Of a stretch of 64,000 nt of DNA, positions 18,438 to 29,280 are shown one piece after another (the first letter of the stretch is position 1; each line of letters starts with the position of its first letter). The position numbers and the translations under genes are program-made. The notes under the pieces are model-generated. The model was not told the DNA's origin. It ran no database searches and worked only from the letters and a program-made list of their open reading frames with translations. Source of the DNA: Bacillota bacterium (GTDB lineage Bacteria > Bacillota_I > Bacilli_A > RFN20 > CAG-288). The stretch lies in contig JAEWSP010000018.1 of the NCBI GenBank assembly GCA_023459795.1, positions 30,946 through 94,945 of the forward strand, in the 5' to 3' direction.

Positions 18438-20132
18438 ATGATAAGGAGGAATAAAGAATTGGCTTATCAAGCTTATTACAACAAATACCGCCCTCAGACC
18501 TTCGATGAAGTCGTAGGCCAGAAGGCTATCGTCTCCACCCTTAAGAATGCCCTCCGCGAAGGAAAGATTGCCCACGCGTACCTTTTCTGTGGTCCGAGAG
18601 GAACAGGAAAGACGACCATGGCAAGACTCCTTGCCAAAGCCCTCAACTGCAAAGAAGGAATCGGAAGGCAGTGCAACAAATGCGACGACTGCACGAAGAT
18701 CAGCAAGGGCGAGCATCCGGATGTCATCGAGATCGATGCCGCTTCAAATTCCACCGTCGACTCCGTCAGGGCACTGATCGACAACGTCTCCTACCAGCCG
18801 ATCATGGGCCGCTACAAGGTCTATATCATCGACGAAGTCCACAACATGTCCAACTCCGCATTCAACGCCCTTCTGAAGACTTTGGAGGAGCCGCCGTCGT
18901 TTGTCGTCTTCATTTTGGCAACAACCGAACCCCAGAAGATTATTCCGACCATTCTCTCCCGTGTCCAGCGCTTTGATTTCTCCAAGGTCACGGACACGGA
19001 TCTGATCGAGAACATGGAGCATATCCTGAAGAGCGAGAATATCTCCTACGAAGAGGAAGCCCTGAAGCTGGTCGCATCCCTTAGCGACGGCGGAGTAAGA
19101 GACTCTCTTTCTCTGCTCGATCAGCTCGTCTCCTATTCCGGAGACAAGGTTACCGCGGAAGATGCCAACAATCTTTTCGGACTCTTATCTACCGGCGAGG
19201 AACTGAAGCTAGTCGAAGCAATCGAGAAGAAGGATTCCGATACTCTGATCAAATCCGTTCGGGAACGTTACCAGAAGGGAGCCGATATCCCCCGTCTCCA
19301 TAACGACCTGATCGCTATCTACAAGGACCTTCTGATCTACACCGCTACCAAAGACAAGACCCTTCTAGAAAAGCTTAGCGAAGAAGAAGCAAAAAGCTTC
19401 TCCATCCCCGCTTCCAACTTGGAAGTTTCTTTGCGCTGTTTAATCGATGCTGCAAGGGATTACCGGACTTCGGACAATGTCCTTTCCCACTTCGAGCTTT
19501 CCCTTATGAAGCTCCTATATGCCCCTGTAGATACCCATATCGTCGTCTCTTCCAGAAAACCGGCTGCTAGTTCTTCCCCGGTTTCTGTTGCTCCTTCCGA
19601 AAAGGTCCTAGCAACCAAACCTATTGCCGTAGCCTCCAAGAAGAGCGGAGAAGTCTTCAAGCCCAAGGATGATCCCAAGGCATCCGGGAAGATCGGATAT
19701 ACGATCAACGATCTGGCCAACCTCATGAACCTTGCCGTCACCAAGGAGAATGTGGTCTTCCGGAAGAACATCGATACCGCCTGGGAACAGATCAAGCTCT
19801 TCTTCCAGGGCGATGACGACTTCTTTGCTGTTCCTCTCTACGGAAGCAAGGCAAGGTTATATGCCAACAATATCCTTGTCTGCACGAATCCGGTTCCGAT
19901 AGAGCTCGACAAGCTGAACGACAAGAAAGCAGAAGCCTCTCTGATGAAGATCGCCTTAGGCGCCTTCAAAGAAAACATCCATGTCCTTGTCGTCTCCGTA
20001 CCGGACTTCAAGGAAGCCTATGACTGCTTCCGGAACAAGAAGTTTGTGGAAGGGCCTGTCAACATCGACTTCGGCGAATCCAAGGCAAAAGAAAACTCTA
20101 CGGATTTCTTCAACGATCTGATGAAGAAATAG
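18438..20132 (+). CDS. dnaX: DNA polymerase III subunits gamma/tau
   Basis: Walker A LFCGPRGTGKTT, zinc module CxxC (NKCDDC) and SRC motif (ILSRVQRF). Confidence 0.9.
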   Translation: MIRRNKELAYQAYYNKYRPQTFDEVVGQKAIVSTLKNALREGKIAHAYLFCGPRGTGKTTMARLLAKALNCKEGIGRQCNKCDDCTKISKGEHPDVIEIDAASNSTVDSVRALIDNVSYQPIMGRYKVYIIDEVHNMSNSAFNALLKTLEEPPSFVVFILATTEPQKIIPTILSRVQRFDFSKVTDTDLIENMEHILKSENISYEEEALKLVASLSDGGVRDSLSLLDQLVSYSGDKVTAEDANNLFGLLSTGEELKLVEAIEKKDSDTLIKSVRERYQKGADIPRLHNDLIAIYKDLLIYTATKDKTLLEKLSEEEAKSFSIPASNLEVSLRCLIDAARDYRTSDNVLSHFELSLMKLLYAPVDTHIVVSSRKPAASSSPVSVAPSEKVLATKPIAVASKKSGEVFKPKDDPKASGKIGYTINDLANLMNLAVTKENVVFRKNIDTAWEQIKLFFQGDDDFFAVPLYGSKARLYANNILVCTNPVPIELDKLNDKKAEASLMKIALGAFKENIHVLVVSVPDFKEAYDCFRNKKFVEGPVNIDFGESKAKENSTDFFNDLMKK

Positions 20133-20146
20133 AAAGGACCAGAAGC

Positions 20147-20494
20147 ATGGACAACAACAGCGACGATCCCAATCTCAACAAGGCCAAGACAGCAGCCGAT
20201 ATGGCAGTCCTTCAGAGCCAGATCGGGGAATACAAGAAGAAACTTGCCGACCTGCAGTCCAAGGTCTACACGGGAAGATACAAGGGAGTGACGATCCAGA
20301 TGCGGGGAGACTATACCGTTGTGGATGTGTCTCTTGACCAGGCTGTATATGAGACAGCCTCCAAATCCATGATGGAGCAGAGCATCCTCATCTGCCTTTC
20401 CAATCTCCATCTGGCGGCCGTCAACGAATCCAAGACCCTTACGGACGAACTCCAGAAGATGCTTCAGAACTACCAGATCCCCGGGCTTTCCTAA
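20147..20494 (+). CDS. ybaB: Nucleoid-associated protein YbaB/EbfC
   Basis: 115 aa; conserved position between dnaX and recR; coiled-coil sequence typical of YbaB. Confidence 0.8.
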   Translation: MDNNSDDPNLNKAKTAADMAVLQSQIGEYKKKLADLQSKVYTGRYKGVTIQMRGDYTVVDVSLDQAVYETASKSMMEQSILICLSNLHLAAVNESKTLTDELQKMLQNYQIPGLS

Positions 20495-21115
20495 ATGGAA
20501 GAACTCAAGACCATCTCGGCTTTGATCCTCTGCTACAAGAAGCTCCCCGGAATCGGAGAGAAGACAGCAGAGAGGCTTGCCTACGGCACGCTATCCCTTA
20601 CTCCGGAAGACAGGGAGGAATTCATCCAGGCCTTAAGCGACAGCTCCCTGAAGGTCCGGCCCTGCCCGGACTGCGGGCTTTTCTGTGAAGACGGGAACTG
20701 CCCGATCTGCAAAGACCCTGCAAGGAACCATAAGGAGATGATGATCGTCAGCAACCCGAAAGACATCTACACAATCGAGAAGACGAAAGGGTATGACGGC
20801 ATCTACTTCACGCTTTCGGGAACTCTCTCCCCGCTTAGGAACAGAACCCCGGAAAGGATCGGTATTCCGAAACTCAGGGAGAAGGTCGAGAAAGAAGGGA
20901 TCGAAGAACTGATCCTCGCTCTTCCGACAGACCTCGACGGGGAAACGACATCCCTGTACCTAGCCAACCTGTTCAAAGGAACGAAGACGAAGGTTACAAG
21001 GCTTGCATACGGAATCCCGATCGGAACAAACCTGGAATACCTCGACAATATGACCATCTCCCAGTCCATCCGCGGAAGAGTCGATATGGAGAGCAGTGAA
21101 AAGAAGGAGAAATAA
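20495..21115 (+). CDS. recR: Recombination protein RecR
   Basis: HhH N-terminus, C4 zinc finger CPDCG...CPIC and Toprim domain. Confidence 0.9.
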   Translation: MEELKTISALILCYKKLPGIGEKTAERLAYGTLSLTPEDREEFIQALSDSSLKVRPCPDCGLFCEDGNCPICKDPARNHKEMMIVSNPKDIYTIEKTKGYDGIYFTLSGTLSPLRNRTPERIGIPKLREKVEKEGIEELILALPTDLDGETTSLYLANLFKGTKTKVTRLAYGIPIGTNLEYLDNMTISQSIRGRVDMESSEKKEK

Positions 21116-21117
21116 TC

Positions 21118-21768
21118 ATGAATCCAGAATATCCCGGACTGTTCGTCTCTGTCGAAGGCTGCGACGGATGCGGAAAGACGACCGTCATCGCCTTATTGAA
21201 GAAAGCCCTCGAAGAGAAGGGAGTCACTCCTCTTGTCACCCGGGAGCCGGGAGGAGGAAGGATTGCGGAAAGCATCCGTGCCATCATCCTCGACAAGGAG
21301 AATACGAACGAAGACAAGAGGACGGAAGCCCTCCTTTATGCTGCCAGCAGAAGGCAGCATCTGGTCGATGTCGTGATTCCTGCCCTCCAGAAGGGGACAT
21401 TGGTTATCTCCGACCGGTATCTGGACTCCTCTCTGGCTTATCAGGGATATGCCAGAGGCATCGGCATCGAGGAAGTTTATTCGATCAACGCTTTTGCTAT
21501 CGACGGCTATATGCCGGAGATTACTTTCTACCTGGATCTTCCTCCTAAGGAAGGTCTTGCCAGAATCGCTGCCCATCGTTCCGATAAGGTGGACCGCCTG
21601 GATGTAGAGAAGCTCAGCTTCCATGAGAAGGTCTACGAAGGATACAAGATTGTCAACGAGAAGTACAAGGACAGGATCGTCAGGATCGACGCCCATAAGA
21701 CTCCGGAAGAGGAAGTACAGGAGATCCTTCCGATCCTCCTTCTGAAATACCAGGAGAAGAAGCAGTAG
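21118..21768 (+). CDS. tmk: Thymidylate kinase
   Basis: P-loop FVSVEGCDGCGKTT and DRY motif (SDRYLDSSLAYQG). Confidence 0.9.
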   Translation: MNPEYPGLFVSVEGCDGCGKTTVIALLKKALEEKGVTPLVTREPGGGRIAESIRAIILDKENTNEDKRTEALLYAASRRQHLVDVVIPALQKGTLVISDRYLDSSLAYQGYARGIGIEEVYSINAFAIDGYMPEITFYLDLPPKEGLARIAAHRSDKVDRLDVEKLSFHEKVYEGYKIVNEKYKDRIVRIDAHKTPEEEVQEILPILLLKYQEKKQ

Positions 21769-21771
21769 TCC

Positions 21772-22758
21772 ATGGATGAGAAGACCCTTGAAGAGAAGGA
21801 GGGAAGAGCTTATAAGCTCTTCCTCAATTCCAGGAAGAAGAACCGCCTAGCAAACAGCTATCTCCTTGCCGGGGAAGAGAATTCCCCGCTTAAGGAGGTA
21901 GCCTTGTATCTTGCCATGTCCCTCAACTGCGAGACTTCTCTTTTCGGTTGCGGGCATTGCCCTAGCTGCCTTAGGTTTCAAGCCGGGGTAAGACCGGACT
22001 TCGTGCTTATTGACGGAAGCACGGAGCCTATCAAGAAGGAACAGATCCAGGATCTGGAGAAGAAGTTCTCCCTCTCCGCTCTGGAGAAGAACCACCGCCT
22101 TTCGTATGTCATCCACCATGTCGAGAACATCACCGAGGAAGCTGCAAACTCCCTCCTGAAGTTCCTGGAGGAACCGAAGGCAGGGCAGATTGCTTTCCTG
22201 ACGACGACTTCCCCGGCCCGTGTCCTCAATACGATCAAGAGCCGCTCCATCCAGGTTCCGATCGATCCTTACGGGACCAAGGAACTGGAAGAGGAACTAA
22301 GCAAGACGGAATTTCCTGTCGGGAAGAAGAAAACCCTTCTTCCGGCCGGGGAATGCTATATCCTCTCCCACCTTACTCCGTCCAAGGAAGAGGCGTTCTC
22401 CCTTTTCGGAGAAGACAGTTTCTTCCACCAGGGATACCAGATGGCGGAAGCCGTCCTATCCGATTACCTGGTCTCCGACCTATGTATGTCGAACAGCCTT
22501 CTTCTGCAAACCAGCCGGTCCAAATCGAGTCTATGCTATAATTGGATGATTCAAATTCTCCTCTTCGTTCTGGAAGAAAGCCTGAAGAAAGAAGAAACAG
22601 ATTCTTCTTTTGCCGATATCGAGAAGAAGCTAAGCCAGGATCCGGAAAGGACTCTTAGGGGCGTGGAACTCTTAAGGGACATCCTTTCGAACAGGAACCT
22701 AAACTACAATCCCGCCCTCTCCTCTGCCCGGCTTCTTCGTGCCTTGAGGAAGGAGTAA
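21772..22758 (+). CDS. holB: DNA polymerase III delta' subunit
   Basis: AAA+ clamp-loader fold with degenerate P-loop, zinc module CETSLFGCGHCPSC, and position after tmk. Confidence 0.7.
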   Translation: MDEKTLEEKEGRAYKLFLNSRKKNRLANSYLLAGEENSPLKEVALYLAMSLNCETSLFGCGHCPSCLRFQAGVRPDFVLIDGSTEPIKKEQIQDLEKKFSLSALEKNHRLSYVIHHVENITEEAANSLLKFLEEPKAGQIAFLTTTSPARVLNTIKSRSIQVPIDPYGTKELEEELSKTEFPVGKKKTLLPAGECYILSHLTPSKEEAFSLFGEDSFFHQGYQMAEAVLSDYLVSDLCMSNSLLLQTSRSKSSLCYNWMIQILLFVLEESLKKEETDSSFADIEKKLSQDPERTLRGVELLRDILSNRNLNYNPALSSARLLRALRKE

Positions 22759-22764
22759 ACAAAG

Positions 22765-24162
22765 ATGGCAACTACTTTATTAGGAATCCCTTTTGATTTC
22801 AGCGGAATGAACTACTATCAGACCAACAGGGATGTTTCTCTCGGTTCCGAGGTTGTAGTCACAACCCCTCACGGGACCTTTTTAGGGACGGTCAAGAAGA
22901 TCCGTCTGGCAACGGAAGAAGAACTGAAGAAGCCGGATTTCAGCCGTCTTTTCCCTCGGATCGATAGGATTGCTACTTTCCAGGATGTCCAGTTTGCTAC
23001 AGACAACCAGGCAAAAGCCAAGGACATCGTCCATAAGTCCCAGGCCCAGGCCAACTCCCTGAAGCTGGATATGAAGATCCTGAATGCCTACTTCGACCTC
23101 GACGAATCGAAGGTGCTGATCACCTTCGCTGCCGATGCAAGAGTCGACTTCCGGGAACTGGTCCATATCCTCAACGGAATGTTCCATTCCAAGGTCGAGT
23201 TCCGTCAGATCGGAACCCGCGACCAGGCAAGAGTCATCGGCGGTATCGGCCCCTGCGGATTACCCCTCTGCTGTGCTTCTTTCCTGACCAAGTTTGATGT
23301 CATCAGCATCTCCATGGCGAAGAACCAGCTTCTCTCCCTCAATATCCCGAAGATCTCCGGACAGTGCGGAAAGCTTATGTGCTGCCTGAAGTATGAAGAC
23401 AAGGCCTATAGCGAGATACGTCCCCTCTATCCTAAGATGGGAACCAAGTTCGCTTACCAGGGAAGCACGTATTCCGTCTCCGGATTGAATCTGCTTACGG
23501 ATACGATCACGGCCTATAACGGGGACAACTACGAATCCTTCTCCAGGGAAGAGTTCAACAGAGTAAAGCAAGGCTTAACTAAGTGTGACCCGACTGCTGT
23601 ACCTGTCCTTAAGGATATCAACTCCGGTGTCGATCTTTCCGGAAAAGGCATCTCCGAAACCAACAGAAGAATTGCAGCTATCAAGGAGAGCGAAGAAACC
23701 CACAAGGAAGAGATCCGGAGAACCAGCGACCACTACGGAAGGAACAGGAACGGACAGCATCAGAACAGTTTCCACAGCCAGCATCAAAGCCACGGAAACC
23801 CGAATCCGTATTCTCCTTCTGCTGCTGCGCCTTCTACCGCAAAGCCGTCTACTCCGGAAATGGATATGCCGACTACTGCCTGTTCCTTCTCCCAGTCGAA
23901 TCCGAATAACCAGAATCATTCCTACCACGGACAGAACAACAACCATGGAGGAAGTTTCCACGGCTCCAACAACAGCTACCATTCCCATAACGGCAACAAC
24001 CATCAGAGAAGCTACGGAAATCCTTTCCATGCCTCTCCGAAGCCTTCTACCTCCGCCCCTGCTACCAAGAAGGAGTCCGGATATATCTCCGTCAGTTCGA
24101 TTGCCGACCGTTCGGTCCTCGATGTAAAGCCAGGCAGCAAGAAGAGCAATGATAAGAAATAG
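22765..24162 (+). CDS. ricT: PSP1-domain protein YaaT/RicT with a 190-aa His/Asn/Ser/Pro-rich low-complexity C-terminal tail
   Basis: PSP1 core with the conserved Cys cluster (GPCGLPLCCASF...GQCGKLMCCLKYED). Lies between holB and rsmI as in Bacillus. Residues from about 275 onward are compositionally biased (HQNSFHSQHQSHGNPNPYSPS...). Confidence 0.7.
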   Translation: MATTLLGIPFDFSGMNYYQTNRDVSLGSEVVVTTPHGTFLGTVKKIRLATEEELKKPDFSRLFPRIDRIATFQDVQFATDNQAKAKDIVHKSQAQANSLKLDMKILNAYFDLDESKVLITFAADARVDFRELVHILNGMFHSKVEFRQIGTRDQARVIGGIGPCGLPLCCASFLTKFDVISISMAKNQLLSLNIPKISGQCGKLMCCLKYEDKAYSEIRPLYPKMGTKFAYQGSTYSVSGLNLLTDTITAYNGDNYESFSREEFNRVKQGLTKCDPTAVPVLKDINSGVDLSGKGISETNRRIAAIKESEETHKEEIRRTSDHYGRNRNGQHQNSFHSQHQSHGNPNPYSPSAAAPSTAKPSTPEMDMPTTACSFSQSNPNNQNHSYHGQNNNHGGSFHGSNNSYHSHNGNNHQRSYGNPFHASPKPSTSAPATKKESGYISVSSIADRSVLDVKPGSKKSNDKK

Positions 24163-25015
24163 TCCCTACGATCATCCGGAAGGTCCGCTTGTCTCCTTGG
24201 TGGCAACACCGATCGGGAACATCAAGGACATCACTCTCCGGGCATTGGATGCCTTCAAGGAAGCCGATGTCATCGCCTGCGAGGATACCAGGAATACTGG
24301 TCTCCTTCTTTCCCGTCTCGGGATAAAGCCTAAGAAGCTTGTCTCCCTCTATGCCCAGACGGAAGCCAAGAACGCAAAGCTTCTTGTCGAGGAAGCCAAG
24401 AAGAAGAACTGGAAGGTCTGCTACTGCAGCGATGCCGGAATGCCCGGAATCAGCGATCCCGGTGCTCTCCTGGTCCAGGCCTGCCAGGAACAGGGCGTAC
24501 CCTCTACCATCCTTCCCGGGCCAAGCGCATCCCTTTCCGCTTTGGTTTTAAGCGGAATCGACAGTGCCGACTTCTCCTTCTACGGTTTCCTTCCGACCAA
24601 GGCCGGACAGGAGAAGACGATGCTAAGTAAGCTAGTAGACCGGGAAGAAACCCTGATCTTCTATGAATCCCCGAAGAGAGTCTACAAGACTCTTGCCGTC
24701 ATGGAGGAAGTCTTCGGACCGAAGAGGGAAGTTGCCCTTGTAAGAGAGCTTTCCAAGATCCATGAGGAAGTCGTCCATGGGACTATGGAAGAGCTTGTGA
24801 AGAACATCACGGAAGAAGTGAAAGGGGAATGCGTCATCCTCGTGAAAGGTTCCTCTTTGAAAGAGGAGCAGGCCCCTGAAGAAGACGTTCTCTCCCTTCT
24901 GAAGAAGGGAATGAAGGAGAAGATTCCTCTTACCCAGCTAGCCAAGGACGTCAGCAAGAAGACCGGCAGAAAGAAAAGCGACGTTTATTCGCTTGCACTA
25001 ACGCTGAAGAAGTAA
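24149..25015 (+). CDS. rsmI: 16S rRNA (cytidine1402-2'-O)-methyltransferase
   Basis: Tetrapyrrole-methylase fold (VATPIGNIKDITLRALDAFKEADVIACEDTR). Confidence 0.85.
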   Translation: MIRNSPYDHPEGPLVSLVATPIGNIKDITLRALDAFKEADVIACEDTRNTGLLLSRLGIKPKKLVSLYAQTEAKNAKLLVEEAKKKNWKVCYCSDAGMPGISDPGALLVQACQEQGVPSTILPGPSASLSALVLSGIDSADFSFYGFLPTKAGQEKTMLSKLVDREETLIFYESPKRVYKTLAVMEEVFGPKREVALVRELSKIHEEVVHGTMEELVKNITEEVKGECVILVKGSSLKEEQAPEEDVLSLLKKGMKEKIPLTQLAKDVSKKTGRKKSDVYSLALTLKK

Positions 25016-25048
25016 AAAAGATGCCGGAGCCCTGTGCTCCGGCATTTT
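25016..25048. terminator. Bidirectional terminator between rsmI and the convergent HAD hydrolase gene
   Basis: GCCGGAGC-cctgt-GCTCCGGC with an A-run before and a T-run after. Confidence 0.65.
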
Positions 25049-25050
25049 GC

Positions 25051-25914
25051 TTACATCTCTTCTTCCTGAGTCTTGCGGATATCGGCAAGCGAATCGCAGA
25101 TCGCCATCTTCTTGATTTCGTTCTTGATGATCTTATCGAAGGAACCTTTCTCCCGGTAATCGGCAGGAGTCAGGAAGTCGACTCTTCCGTCCTGGAAGAG
25201 CTGTTTGGCAACCGGCTTCTTCCCCTTGCCGTAGACGGCGATAGAGACACCGCCCTTTTCCCGGACAAGCTTCATGCAGGGAACATCCGTAAGACCATCG
25301 GCGATATAGACCATATCCCGGAAAGGAATCGGCTTCTCGCTGTCCGGAACGGACTCGTTCAGTCTCCGGCTGTCCGAGATATCGAGCTCTCCCTTGCAGA
25401 CACGAAAGAGGAACTGGGTCTTGGTCGTATAGTTGACAGCAGACTTCGGCCAGACGGCTTCTCCGTTCTGGTCATAGAGGAATTCGCAGGCAAAGATCGC
25501 CTTGAAATACTTGGCAATCGAAGAACCTTCGATGATCTCCTTGTTTCCGGAACTGATGACGTAATGCTGGATCTCGACTCCGTTCTGAAGTCCGAACGCA
25601 TTGATCCTAGGGAACCACTCTTCGACGCCGGGGAAGAAACGGATTCCTTTCCCCATGGCAACGAAGGCATCCCTGGTAATAGGAAGATTCTTCCTCCTCG
25701 ACATCTGCAGCATCAGATACATATAGGCAAGCTGCCCGTCCATCCCGTTGTCATGGGCCAGTTTGTTCGTTTCATTCCAGAATTCATCCGGTTTGATCTT
25801 CAGGGAAGGGATGAAGCTGTAGTTCTGCATATCCGTAGTGCAGAGAGTTCGGTCGAAGTCGTATAGGAGAGCGATGATCGGTTTTCTTTCTATGGCATTC
25901 ATCCTTGCCTCCAA
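25051..25914 (-). CDS. HAD-superfamily hydrolase
   Basis: Motif I DFDRTL (DxDxT), motif IV DGLTD and a cap-domain insertion. The antisense 281-aa ORF was rejected. Confidence 0.65.
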   Translation of the reverse strand: MEARMNAIERKPIIALLYDFDRTLCTTDMQNYSFIPSLKIKPDEFWNETNKLAHDNGMDGQLAYMYLMLQMSRRKNLPITRDAFVAMGKGIRFFPGVEEWFPRINAFGLQNGVEIQHYVISSGNKEIIEGSSIAKYFKAIFACEFLYDQNGEAVWPKSAVNYTTKTQFLFRVCKGELDISDSRRLNESVPDSEKPIPFRDMVYIADGLTDVPCMKLVREKGGVSIAVYGKGKKPVAKQLFQDGRVDFLTPADYREKGSFDKIIKNEIKKMAICDSLADIRKTQEEEM

Positions 25915-26052
25915 TCCAGAAACCTATGTTTCCAATTATTTCTTGCCTTTATTCTAATGTTTCCCAATAGGCAATGCTAGATTGGGAGGCCTAAAGAAGA
26001 GAAGAAATGCCCTTCCTCTCCACCGGAAAAGAAAAAGCACTATAATAGCGGT

Positions 26053-26334
26053 ATGAAAAAATGTCCACATTGCGGGAAAGAAATCCCGGAAGAAGACTGG
26101 CTCTGTCCGTTCTGCCATTCCCCGGTTCCGGTCACCGGAAAAGGAACCGGCCATAGCCGGAGCGACAATTATAAAGAAGAATACGAGAAGGAGCCTATAA
26201 GCGGAGAAGACAAGGAGATGCTACTGGACAGCAACACAGCTTCTTCTTCCGATGATGACGGGGTTGCACCGGCAAGTCCGTATCCGGACAGCGATACTGC
26301 CTACAGCGATCTGACAAAGCATTTTGACCAATAG
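26053..26334 (+). CDS. Small zinc-ribbon protein with acidic disordered tail
   Basis: CPHCG...CPFCH at the N-terminus; 93 aa. Confidence 0.4.
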   Translation: MKKCPHCGKEIPEEDWLCPFCHSPVPVTGKGTGHSRSDNYKEEYEKEPISGEDKEMLLDSNTASSSDDDGVAPASPYPDSDTAYSDLTKHFDQ

Positions 26335-26442
26335 AGTGACCTCTGTTGGTCTTTTTTATAGAGCTTTGCTGCTTTTCCTGTGGAAAAGAAAAACGGCAGT
26401 CTTATAAGAAACTGCCGTATCCGAATCTATCCGTTTCAAGGA

Positions 26443-26847
26443 CTAGGCTTTTTGCTGGGATCTATTCTTTGCTTCCTTGGCTCTTTTCCAGAAGGGAACA
26501 GTCATTCCGATCAGAAGGAAGAGGAAAAGAAGAACGATCCAGAATCCGTAATACCGGATATCCCAACTCGAGGAATCAAAAAGAAAGCAAAACAAGCCTA
26601 GATAAATCGCCTGGCTCACGACAGCAAGACCAGGAAATAGTTTTGTAGGAGATCCTTTCTTCCACTCCAGAAGGAAGACCAGAACCAATAAGACAAGACC
26701 TAGAACCAGCGGCAGGACTCCGGCTATCAGAATGCCCGAAGCCGTGAGGGAATAGTCTTTCATGAAAACATCCGGGTAGGAGCCGATCAGAAGGAAGAAG
26801 GAAGCTACAGAAAACAAGACGAAATCAACCAAAGAAATTCTTTTCAT
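26443..26847 (-). CDS. Hypothetical small membrane protein (4 TM)
   Basis: 134-aa hydrophobic ORF. Confidence 0.4.
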   Translation of the reverse strand: MKRISLVDFVLFSVASFFLLIGSYPDVFMKDYSLTASGILIAGVLPLVLGLVLLVLVFLLEWKKGSPTKLFPGLAVVSQAIYLGLFCFLFDSSSWDIRYYGFWIVLLFLFLLIGMTVPFWKRAKEAKNRSQQKA

Positions 26848-27099
26848 GCTTTTACAGGTCTCCGGCCTTCGGTTTCTGCTTTTTCTAAATAGTCTAGCTC
26901 CATATAAGGATACATATCCGTTTGTCTAATTCTATAAGATTTTATACCCACCCCAATAAGAATGCAAACAATTGCAGCTTTTGGGCTTTCTGTTTATCGG
27001 CTGTTTGTTTTTTTGCAGGCATCATATTTTAACGTTTAGTATTATCTCCTTGTCCATAACCTACATAAGGCTCTTGGAGCAGAGGGCAAAAAGAAGCCA

Positions 27100-27135
27100 A
27101 CAAAAAGGCCTTCCCTGCAATCGCAGGGAAGGCTG
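27100..27135 (-). terminator. Rho-independent terminator of groESL
   Basis: GGCCTTCCCTGCAATCGCAGGGAAGGC hairpin. On the minus strand it is followed by CTTTTTGTT. It sits 27 nt past the groEL stop. Confidence 0.7.
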
Positions 27136-27161
27136 TTTTCTTCTCTTCTAGGAAGGATGGA

Positions 27162-28799
<1,638 letters not shown>

Positions 28800-28812
28800 T
28801 TACCTCTTTCGT

Positions 28813-29094
28813 TTAGTCGACAACGGCCAGGATATCCTTATCCTGGATCAGCATGTACTTCTTGCCGTTCTGATCAACGTCCGTTGTCGAATACTTCTTA
28901 TAGATAACCTTCTCGCCGGCTGCAGCCTGAACAGTAATCTTATGGCCTTCCGAATCTGTATAGCCAGGTCCGACAGCGACGACGGTAGCGACAGCGGAAT
29001 CATTCTCGTGAGTGCTGGCAATGATGATGGAACCAACCTTCTTCTCTTCCGGAAGCTTCTCTAAAACGACATAATCGCGTAATGGCTTGATCAT
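28813..29094 (-). CDS. groS: Co-chaperonin GroES
   Basis: MIKPLRDYVVL...mobile loop...GYTDSEG. Start placed at the internal ATG 29094, which follows a GGAGG RBS. The 19 upstream codons in the ORF track overlap the promoter. Confidence 0.9.
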   Translation of the reverse strand: MIKPLRDYVVLEKLPEEKKVGSIIIASTHENDSAVATVVAVGPGYTDSEGHKITVQAAAGEKVIYKKYSTTDVDQNGKKYMLIQDKDILAVVD

Positions 29095-29151
29095 AAATAA
29101 CCTCCATTTTTCTTTGTGAAGTCGAACAGCAATGTTATTATAACCCGACAA

Positions 29152-29178
29152 TTAGCAATTTCAAGGGCCAAGTGCTAA
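29152..29178 (-). promoter_or_regulatory. CIRCE operator (HrcA binding site) overlapping the groESL promoter
   Basis: TTAGCAATT-N9-AAGTGCTAA against the consensus TTAGCACTC-N9-GAGTGCTAA. Minus-strand -35 TTGAAA (29159..29164) lies inside it, and -10 TATAAT is at 29137..29142. Confidence 0.8.
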
Positions 29179-29224
29179 CTTTTCTTTTTAAGTGCCGAAA
29201 AGTGCCTTTGTTATCGCAATAAAT

Positions 29225-29262
29225 AAAAACGCATCCAACCCAATTTGAGGCTGGCTGCGTTC
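29225..29262 (-). terminator. Terminator of galM
   Basis: AACGCAGCC...GGATGCGTT hairpin followed (minus strand) by TTTTATTT. Confidence 0.45.
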
Positions 29263-29280
29263 TTTTTTGACTCTATTTGA

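Noticed and set aside
25021-25866. 281-aa + ORF
   Set aside because: Antisense to the HAD hydrolase (DxDxT present on the minus strand). Overlaps the rsmI terminator.
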